NCBI GenBank assembly: GCA_903874345.1
Contig: CAIQRY010000065.1
Coordinates: 2,679-66,678 of the forward strand
Reading direction: 5' to 3'
DNA: 64,000 nucleotides
From: an uncultured bacterium
GTDB taxonomy: Bacteria; Patescibacteriota; Patescibacteriia; Patescibacteriales; UBA12465
Of the stretch, positions 57,112 to 64,000 are shown piece by piece. The notes below the pieces were generated by a model, which saw only the letters and a list, made by a program, of their open reading frames with translations, had not been told where the DNA came from and searched no databases. A program made the position numbers and the translations under genes. The number at the start of each line of letters is the position of its first letter. The stretch's first letter is position 1.

Positions 57112-57507
57112 TCAACTTTTTAACTTTTTTAAAATTTCCTCTACTTCCCCGGGGCCGTATTCTGATTGCGGCCACTGTACATGGCCATCACCCGCATGAC
57201 GTGGAATAACATGAAAATGTAAATGCGGTACAATCTGACCGGAAATCGGATCATTATTTTCTGTGACATTATAACCGACGACACCTAGTTTTTCTTTTAA
57301 TAGCTTCCCCATTTTTTTCACAACCAGCATGACGGCGATAAAGTCATCTTCACTAATATCATCAATATTCTGATAATGCTTTTTAGGCATAACTAAAATA
57401 TGTCCGGGATTAACCGGTTTGATATCTAAAAAGGCCAAGACCTCCTCGTCCTCATAAACCTGATGACAAGGGATATCGTGCGCGATAATTTTACAGAAGA
57501 TACACAT
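57112..57507 (-). CDS. HIT-family protein
   Basis: CIFCKI, GHILV, HLHFH triad. Confidence 0.95.
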   Translation of the reverse strand: MCIFCKIIAHDIPCHQVYEDEEVLAFLDIKPVNPGHILVMPKKHYQNIDDISEDDFIAVMLVVKKMGKLLKEKLGVVGYNVTENNDPISGQIVPHLHFHVIPRHAGDGHVQWPQSEYGPGEVEEILKKLKS

Positions 57508-57521
57508 ATAAATTTATTTGA

Positions 57522-57639
57522 TCAGGTACGCAGACTAGTGTTTCGGAGCGCATATGATTTCGTACAGAAAAAATGAGCGTTAGTGAATTTTTTCCACAGA
57601 AATCATCCTAAGCGAAGAAATACTAGTCGGCGTAACTGA
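57522..57639. repeat. Long imperfect palindrome (REP/MITE-like or structured RNA)
   Basis: Terminal arms match 20/23; nested ATGATTTC/GAAATCAT and GAAAAAAT/ATTTTTTC stems. Confidence 0.7.
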
Positions 57640-57642
57640 ATT

Positions 57643-58095
57643 TCATCTGATTTGATAACGGCTATCGGCCTTGTTTTCCCAGCGGATTTCATCAACCTCC
57701 TGTTTCTTTTCAATCCCCTTATATAATTTATCCGGCAAATTAATGCTTAACGCTGGAATCTCGGAAATACATTTATAGCCATGGACGACGCCGGGCGGGA
57801 CAATAACCAGGCTCGGACTCTTTTCACCGACTTCGATCTCCATTGCTTCGCCTTTAGTCGGCGAATTCTCCCGCCGGTCCCATAAATACAATCGGAAATC
57901 ACCCGGACCTAAGAAAACAAAACAATCGCTTTGGCTAACGTGTTCGTGTGGGCCGCGAATGACGCCGGGGTTGGTCAGACTAACATAAGACATGACAATA
58001 TCAAAATCTAGTTCGTCGCGTCGAAAAATTTCAGTCAACCAACCGCGTTCGTCAGTATTTCTCGATAAGGGTTTTATAATGACACCATGAATCAT
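57643..58095 (-). CDS. rfbC: dTDP-4-dehydrorhamnose 3,5-epimerase family (cupin)
   Basis: DERGWLTE, RGPHEH, DRRENSPT, VPPGVVHGY. Confidence 0.88.
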   Translation of the reverse strand: MIHGVIIKPLSRNTDERGWLTEIFRRDELDFDIVMSYVSLTNPGVIRGPHEHVSQSDCFVFLGPGDFRLYLWDRRENSPTKGEAMEIEVGEKSPSLVIVPPGVVHGYKCISEIPALSINLPDKLYKGIEKKQEVDEIRWENKADSRYQIR

Positions 58096-58109
58096 ACAAT
58101 TCTTAATTA

Positions 58110-59057
58110 CTAATTCTTAATTTTGAATTTAATCAGGCCGTTCTGCGCGCCTTGATGGGCAATTTTTGCGGCCGCGTTTTTTAAACTTAAGAGTAGAGCC
58201 TTATTAATATCACTCTGATAAATAGCTAGCGCAGCGGCAAAAGTCGAGTTAAAGATATCACCAATACCGGTCGTATCCACCCTCTTCACTTCTTTCACAA
58301 TTTTCTGGTGATAAATTTTATGACCATCATAAGCCGCGACGCCATCTCGTCCCAAAGTAATCAAAACGATTTTCGGTCCGAAGCTGGAAATAATTTTTAA
58401 GAGAGTATCAATTTTTAAGGCGGCCGGTTTCAAATGTTTATGTTTTTCCGAGCTCAGGATTAATTCAACAGCTTCTTCTTTGTTTAATGCAAAAACTGAG
58501 GTCTTTTTTAGGAAAGGTGCTAAAAATTTTAAACCGCGATCAAATTGTCTTGCCCCCGGATTCCAACAAATTTCCGGCCCCCCGGGACCAATAACCGAAA
58601 AAATTCGTCTTAAAACCTTAACCCAATCACCGGACAAAGAAGCTAAATAAATATTTTTCGTCTTTTTAAGCGCCTGTAAACCGGCTCCGTTAACAGTCAA
58701 AGAGCGGTTTGCTCCTCTTTCAACAAACAGAATTCTTTCACCAATCGAATTAATTAAATCAAAAGCCGTGCCGCTTTCGGCGCCTCTAATTTTTTCAATG
58801 AGTTCTGTCTTAACACCGCGCCCCTTTAAATTATTAATTATTTTCTGGCCGCCTTCATCAGCGCCAATGGCCGAGAGGCAAGCCGTTTTAAAACCGAAAT
58901 GCGCCAAATTAACCGCCGCGTTCGCCGCGCCACCGCCAAAGGAATAATAAAATTTGTCTATCTTTATTTTCGCGCCGTATTCTAAGGCGACGCCCCGATC
59001 AACAAAGAAAGAAATGTCGCGCGTCGCACCACCAATAGCAATAAAATCGTAAGTCAT
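58110..59057 (-). CDS. PfkB-family carbohydrate kinase
   Basis: GGGAANAAV, NKEEA, ITLGRDG, DTTGIGDIF. Confidence 0.92.
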   Translation of the reverse strand: MTYDFIAIGGATRDISFFVDRGVALEYGAKIKIDKFYYSFGGGAANAAVNLAHFGFKTACLSAIGADEGGQKIINNLKGRGVKTELIEKIRGAESGTAFDLINSIGERILFVERGANRSLTVNGAGLQALKKTKNIYLASLSGDWVKVLRRIFSVIGPGGPEICWNPGARQFDRGLKFLAPFLKKTSVFALNKEEAVELILSSEKHKHLKPAALKIDTLLKIISSFGPKIVLITLGRDGVAAYDGHKIYHQKIVKEVKRVDTTGIGDIFNSTFAAALAIYQSDINKALLLSLKNAAAKIAHQGAQNGLIKFKIKN

Positions 59058-59084
59058 ATAAAAAAATTAAGTACTTTTATGATA

Positions 59085-59624
59085 TCACGAAAATCGTTTC
59101 GGTTCCAGAAAAAAGGGCTGTAATTTTCGGTTTAGGGCCGCGACCAAATGGTAAGAAAGCAGGGCCGCGAGAAGGCTCCAGGCGCCTTGTTCAAAAAGGG
59201 CCAGCCAAAAATCTTTTTGGACTAAGAAAAAACGAGTGTAATCAGCCGCCGTAAAATAAAATAAACAAGCGACTAGAAAATTATAAAGAATCGTGGCCGC
59301 TAAAATCAAAACAAAGAAAGAGTAAAGGGAGCGATTAGTCAGCCAGTTTTTGAGCATGAGTTGCGCTAAGCCGGCCGTGGTTAGAAGAACGATAATAAAA
59401 AAACCAAAAAATTGAAAAGAAATTAAGTCGAGCCAAAAACCGAGAACAAACGCGGCCCATAAGGCGACACGGAAACCGAAAAAAAATAGAGTGAAAATCA
59501 AAAAAATCAAAACTAAATTGATTTGTCCGAACCAAGACGGCCAGGCGCTAATTAAAGAAAATTGGCCGATGGCTGCCAAGGAAGCAAAAAAAATAAAAAT
59601 AATAACCCTGAGTGCCGCTTTCAT
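59085..59624 (-). CDS. mreD: Rod shape-determining protein MreD-like
   Basis: 5 TM helices, GFWLDL; follows mreC. Confidence 0.75.
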   Translation of the reverse strand: MKAALRVIIFIFFASLAAIGQFSLISAWPSWFGQINLVLIFLIFTLFFFGFRVALWAAFVLGFWLDLISFQFFGFFIIVLLTTAGLAQLMLKNWLTNRSLYSFFVLILAATILYNFLVACLFYFTAADYTRFFLVQKDFWLALFEQGAWSLLAALLSYHLVAALNRKLQPFFLEPKRFS

Positions 59625-59625
59625 A

Positions 59626-60438
59626 CTAAGGAATAATGATACTGACAATCGTCAGATTATTAAAATCTACTAGCGGTTCAATCGTCGCGTCAGTCCAAAC
59701 CGCATTACTCTCGCTGCGCACTTCCTTAACGCGACCAATGACGAGACCCCGCGGAATATTAGCGCCTAGGCCGGAAGTGACGACCGTCGCGCCGGCATTA
59801 ATTTTTTCGGTTTGCGGAATATAATTCATTTTAATGGTTAGGCCTAAGTCGCCATCCGTTACGCCTTGCGTCTGGCTTTGATTCTGAACCATGGCCGCCA
59901 ACTTGCAACCTAAACTGGTCGTCAAGCAAATCCGCGCACTCGTGTCTTTTAGGGCCGTAATTTTACCGACAATCGTCCCGGAAGGATCGGCCACCGCCAA
60001 GCCAATTCTTAAGCCATCATTCGCTCCGCGATTAATAACTAAATCCCGACTCGCTTCCCCGGCCTCGGCCGCTCCTTCTTGGCCAATAATGCCGGCCGTC
60101 ACCGCCCGCCAATTATTAGTCGCTAGAAAATTAGCTTGCGCCCGCAATTTTACATTTTCAGTCGCTGTTTCCTGACAATTCGCATTGGCAACCGTTAGCT
60201 CGGCTACTTGTTTTTCGAGTGTATCGAGCCGTGTTGTTAAATCTGTTTGATTCTGGCGAGCCGTATAATTATGATTAAAATTACGACCCACGCTATATAA
60301 ATAACCGGAGAGCGGTTTAGTAATTAGAGATAAAAAATTCTCCACCGGACGGAGAACGTGAGCCCCATGTAAAAAAACCAGCAGTCCGAAAACTACTAGC
60401 CAAACGAGTAAAGTTTTATAGCGTTTTAATTTAACCAT
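59626..60438 (-). CDS. mreC: Rod shape-determining protein MreC
   Basis: N-terminal TM, coiled coil ENVKLR, INRGANDG, VTSGLG..PRGLVIGRV. Confidence 0.92.
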   Translation of the reverse strand: MVKLKRYKTLLVWLVVFGLLVFLHGAHVLRPVENFLSLITKPLSGYLYSVGRNFNHNYTARQNQTDLTTRLDTLEKQVAELTVANANCQETATENVKLRAQANFLATNNWRAVTAGIIGQEGAAEAGEASRDLVINRGANDGLRIGLAVADPSGTIVGKITALKDTSARICLTTSLGCKLAAMVQNQSQTQGVTDGDLGLTIKMNYIPQTEKINAGATVVTSGLGANIPRGLVIGRVKEVRSESNAVWTDATIEPLVDFNNLTIVSIIIP

Positions 60439-60439
60439 A

Positions 60440-61480
60440 TTAATCCATCACACTGGGCAAAATAACTTTTTCTAACAAATTCTTATCATGAAGTAAAATA
60501 CCGGTCCCCCGCACGACGCAAGTCAAAGGGTCATCAACGATTTTCACGGGAATTTTCGCGGCCGCGGCAATCGCTTTGTCTAGTCCGCGCAGTAAGGCGC
60601 CGCCACCCGAGAGATACAGGCCCCGCTCATAAATATCCGATACTAATTCCGGGGGCGTTGTTTCTAAAATCGTTTTAATGTTATCGATAATCTTCATGAC
60701 GGTATGACTAATCGCTTCGCGAATTTGCTTATCCGTCACCATCACCGCTTTAGGTAGTCCAGTTAATAAATCACGGCCGCGGACTTCAATCTCTTGCGGC
60801 GTTTCCAAGGGGACAGCGGAACCGACACTAATCTTAATACTCTCGGCTAATTGTTCACCGATTAAAATATTAAATTCCTCGCGAATATATTCAATAATGT
60901 CATTATCAAACTCATTACCAGCTGATTTTAAGGATTTCCAAGTAACGACGCCGCCCAAAGAAATCACGGCGATTTCCGAAGTTCCGCCGCCAATATCAAC
61001 AATCATGGTTGCCGTCGCCTCGGTGACCGGTAGCCGGGCGCCAATGGCCGCCGCCATGGCTTCTTCAATTAAATAAACTTTACGCGCGCCGGCCGATTTG
61101 GCTGCGTCCTCGACCGCCTTCTTCTCGACTTCGGTTAAATCAAGCGGAATGCCAATCACGACACGGGGGCGCGAAATCAAAGTAAAATTTTCAGCGTGCA
61201 CTTTATTAATAAAATACTTCAACATTTTTTCCGTTACTTCAAAGTCAGAAATAACACCGTCCACGAGCGGCTTAATCGCTTCAATATGACCAGGGGTCTT
61301 GCCCACCATTTTACGCGCCGCTTCCCCGACTTCCAAAATTTCATTCGTCCGTTTATTAATCGCGACGACGCTCGGCTCATTAACAATAATCCCCTTGTCA
61401 GCAACATAAACTAAGGTATTTTTCGTACCTAAATCAATGCCTAAATCATGGCTGAATTTTCCGAGGAGATTATTGAACAT
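60440..61480 (-). CDS. mreB: Rod shape-determining protein MreB (mreBCD operon)
   Basis: GIDLGT, DIGGGT, TPPEL, SGGGALL. Confidence 0.96.
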   Translation of the reverse strand: MFNNLLGKFSHDLGIDLGTKNTLVYVADKGIIVNEPSVVAINKRTNEILEVGEAARKMVGKTPGHIEAIKPLVDGVISDFEVTEKMLKYFINKVHAENFTLISRPRVVIGIPLDLTEVEKKAVEDAAKSAGARKVYLIEEAMAAAIGARLPVTEATATMIVDIGGGTSEIAVISLGGVVTWKSLKSAGNEFDNDIIEYIREEFNILIGEQLAESIKISVGSAVPLETPQEIEVRGRDLLTGLPKAVMVTDKQIREAISHTVMKIIDNIKTILETTPPELVSDIYERGLYLSGGGALLRGLDKAIAAAAKIPVKIVDDPLTCVVRGTGILLHDKNLLEKVILPSVMD

Positions 61481-61496
61481 AATTTTTATTTAAAAT

Positions 61497-62723
61497 TTAT
61501 TTTAATTTTGCGACCAGGTCTTTAATCTTTATTAATTCGCTTTTCCCTTCCGCCCGTTTTTTTAATTCCACGCTATCCACTTGTATTGTTTTGGCACTGA
61601 TAAGTACGCGATAGGGGCAGCCAATCAAATCCGCATCGGCGAACTTTTCACCCGCCGATAAATTACGATCATCATAGAGAACTTCAATCCCCGCCTGCGT
61701 TAAGGTCTCATAAATTTTTAGAGCGGCTTCGTCTTCGTTAAGAGATAAAAGATGAACTTTAAAAGGCGCCACCGTTTCCGGCCAAATAATTCCCTTCTCG
61801 TCATGATAAACTTCGACAATCGTGCCCATGAGCCGACTTGGACCGATACCGTAGCAGCCCATAATAATATCCTGCTCCTGGCCTTCCTGATCGCGGTAAC
61901 GGAAATCAAAGGCAGCGGAAAATTTCGTCCCTAATTTGAAAATATTCCCGACTTCCACGCCCTTCTCTTCCTTGAGCTTCGGGTTATGGCAAACCGGGCA
62001 AGTATTTTGTTCCTCAATAATTTCCCGATTAACGGCCACATGACATTTATCGCAAATAAAAATATGGTCTTCCCCGTCAGAAATTAAAGTTTGAAACTCA
62101 TGAGAATATTTGGAGAAGGCACCGCCCGACGCATAAGTCAGGTAAGTTAAATCGGCCAAACCAAAGCGCTCATAAATCTTAAAATAAGCATCCTTAACCT
62201 TTTCATAATAAGCGTCGAGGTCAGCTTGATTAGTATGAAAAGAATATAAATCTTTCATTAAAAATTCGCGGCCGCGAATTAATCCGGCTTTCGCTCTTTT
62301 TTCATTACGTAATTTCGTCTGGATTTGATAAACAGCAATCGGCAATTCTTTATAAGAAAAAGCATATTTCTGAATCAAGGGCGTCACGACTTCTTCGTGC
62401 GTCGCACCTAAGGCATATTCTTTCTTATCCGAGCCCTGCAATTTAAATAAGGCGTCAAAATTATCCCAACGACCGGTCGCGACCCAATTCTCTTTCGGGA
62501 CCAACGTCGGCATTAAAATCTCCTGACCGCCGACCGCGTTAATCTCCTCGCGAATAATATTCGTAATCTTAGACATGACGCGAAGACCGAGGGGCAAAAA
62601 AGTATAAATTCCAGCGCCGACCTTATCAATAAAACCGGCTCGAATCAAAGTTTGAGCATTAAAACTGGTTTCATCTTTTGGCGCTTCTTTAAGCGTCCGG
62701 GTGAATAGTTGAGATTGTTTCAT
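61497..62723 (-). CDS. proS: Prolyl-tRNA synthetase, short form without INS editing domain
   Basis: ATHEE, RNEKRAKAGLIRGREFLMKDLYSF, EVGNIFKLG, MGCYGIG. Confidence 0.95.
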   Translation of the reverse strand: MKQSQLFTRTLKEAPKDETSFNAQTLIRAGFIDKVGAGIYTFLPLGLRVMSKITNIIREEINAVGGQEILMPTLVPKENWVATGRWDNFDALFKLQGSDKKEYALGATHEEVVTPLIQKYAFSYKELPIAVYQIQTKLRNEKRAKAGLIRGREFLMKDLYSFHTNQADLDAYYEKVKDAYFKIYERFGLADLTYLTYASGGAFSKYSHEFQTLISDGEDHIFICDKCHVAVNREIIEEQNTCPVCHNPKLKEEKGVEVGNIFKLGTKFSAAFDFRYRDQEGQEQDIIMGCYGIGPSRLMGTIVEVYHDEKGIIWPETVAPFKVHLLSLNEDEAALKIYETLTQAGIEVLYDDRNLSAGEKFADADLIGCPYRVLISAKTIQVDSVELKKRAEGKSELIKIKDLVAKLK

Positions 62724-62784
62724 ATTTTAATATCCTAACCAAAAATACCTCGCTTGTAAAGTTGACTTTTAATCCGAATCAGGC

Positions 62785-63363
62785 TTATTTTCTCAGCATT
62801 TTCTTTAAGGCCGCTTTCACGCGCTCGCCGCTATCTAAGACTTCCGGGCCGACCGCGTTTAGAGCGCTCCGGGCCTCACTTAAGGAATAGCCTAAAGACA
62901 TTAAGGCGTCTATTTCATCACTCCCGAAATTACCGCCTTCCAGCGGCGTCAAATTACCGGTCGGACGCAAAACTTTATTTTTTAATTCTAAGACAATGCG
63001 CTCCGCCGTCTTCTTGCCAATACCCGATACTTTCGTCAAAAGATTCGCATCGCCGCGCACAATCGCTTCTTTAATATCGCCGGCCGAAGACAAAGACAAA
63101 ACGCCGAGGCCGGATTTCGGACCGACGCCGGAAACCGTGAGCAAGATTTCAAATAAATCTTTATCTTCTCGCGTTTTAAAACCATATAAATCGCTCGCGT
63201 CCTCGCGAACCACATGATGGATATAAATTTCTGTTTCCGTATCCAGTCTTAGTTCATTTAGAAAATTTTCACCAACAAAAATCTGATAGCCGACGCCATT
63301 TACTTCCAAAACCAAATGGTTCAGAGTTTTATAAATTATTTTTCCTTTAAGATAAGCGATCAT
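62785..63363 (-). CDS. ruvA: Holliday junction branch migration protein RuvA
   Basis: MIAYLKG, GVGY, LYGF, VSGVGPK, GIGKKTAERI. Confidence 0.96.
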   Translation of the reverse strand: MIAYLKGKIIYKTLNHLVLEVNGVGYQIFVGENFLNELRLDTETEIYIHHVVREDASDLYGFKTREDKDLFEILLTVSGVGPKSGLGVLSLSSAGDIKEAIVRGDANLLTKVSGIGKKTAERIVLELKNKVLRPTGNLTPLEGGNFGSDEIDALMSLGYSLSEARSALNAVGPEVLDSGERVKAALKKMLRK

Positions 63364-64000
63364 AATTTTATTTTTCTTCGTATCACTGTTAGAGCCGGAA
63401 TAAGCCCGACTGTCTTGGGTATTTCTAAGGCGCAAACCTGCGACCCGCCGCCACCATGCGCTTCCTTGATGACGCGGCCGCTTTTCGCGTCCCAAAGTTC
63501 GTCGGGACACATTTTTATTATATCATAATTCGGCCTAATAATCTCTATCTCGTCACCGGCTTTCAGAGTGTTATGGACGCGGAAATACAGACGATTACGG
63601 TCACGAGTTGCGACGACTTGGCCGCAAAATTCCCAAGCGCTTTTTTCATGTGAATTATTAATATTCTGCTCACCGCGACCGCCCAATAAAAATCCGGTCG
63701 TATAACCGCGATGCACGAGTTTCGTCAGGAGTTCCTGATATAAATATTCTAATTCGCTTTTTAATTTTGCGACTGGCGTTTTTTTAAGGATTGAATTTAA
63801 AACGCGACGATAAATACCGCAAACCGTGGCTTGATAATAAACGCTTTTCGCTCGGCCTTCAATTTTAAAACTCGTAATCCCGGCCTCGGCTAATTCTTTT
63901 AAATATTTAACGAGACAAAGATCGCGCGAATTTAATAAATAAGTGCCATGTTTCTCTTCAACCAGCTCTAATTCCTCATCATGCCCGCCGGTCTTAAGCA
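63360..64000 (-). CDS. U32 peptidase family protein (TrhP/YegQ-like), 3' part
   Basis: Frame open to window edge: HGTYLLNSRDLC, SFKIEGRAKS, HRGYTTGF. Confidence 0.88.
   Translation of the reverse strand, partial: LKTGGHDEELELVEEKHGTYLLNSRDLCLVKYLKELAEAGITSFKIEGRAKSVYYQATVCGIYRRVLNSILKKTPVAKLKSELEYLYQELLTKLVHRGYTTGFLLGGRGEQNINNSHEKSAWEFCGQVVATRDRNRLYFRVHNTLKAGDEIEIIRPNYDIIKMCPDELWDAKSGRVIKEAHGGGGSQVCALEIPKTVGLIPALTVIRRKIKL

Noticed and set aside
54551-61480. Two mreB copies as a novelty
   Set aside because: Multiple mreB paralogs are common in monoderm bacteria including CPR
1-64000. CRISPR array, rRNA, prophage, transposase, recoded stop codons
   Set aside because: No spaced direct repeats, rRNA-like sequence or phage/IS genes seen; TGA serves as stop in several genes

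Overview
This is a 64-kb chromosomal segment of a genome-reduced bacterium. It is most likely Patescibacteria/CPR (Parcubacteria/ABY1-like), inferred from SD-poor gene starts, extended ribosomal proteins, short AlaRS/ProRS and two mreB genes. It uses genetic code 11. Most of the window is housekeeping on the minus strand: str, S10 and spc ribosomal clusters (1-13.8 kb), a separate infA-alpha-rplM-rpsI cluster (29-33 kb), prfB, comEC, alaS, murB, mraY-ftsW-murG-murC, glycosyltransferase and dTDP-sugar genes, mreBCD plus a second mreB, proS, ruvA and a partial U32-family gene. The stand-out feature is a ~10-kb histidine-centred locus (about 14.9-24.4 kb). It holds a TrpR-like YerC/HisR repressor, a CntK-like histidine racemase, a GNAT, a VanX-like D,D-dipeptidase, tRNA-His, urocanate hydratase, a divergent HAD+VOC pair and a hisS-hutH operon, with no hutI/hutG in the window. 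CTTTA-N6-TAAAG operator-like palindromes overlap the locus promoters. The repressor ORF ends in His-His-His codons followed by overlapping hairpins, resembling an attenuator built into the regulator gene. Other oddities are an RpoA without alpha-CTD, boxA-like motifs in the leaders of accessory genes, a TonB-C-domain lipoprotein, a degenerate PulE-type ATPase and a ~118-nt palindromic element. All calls come from reading motifs by eye; no database searches were run.
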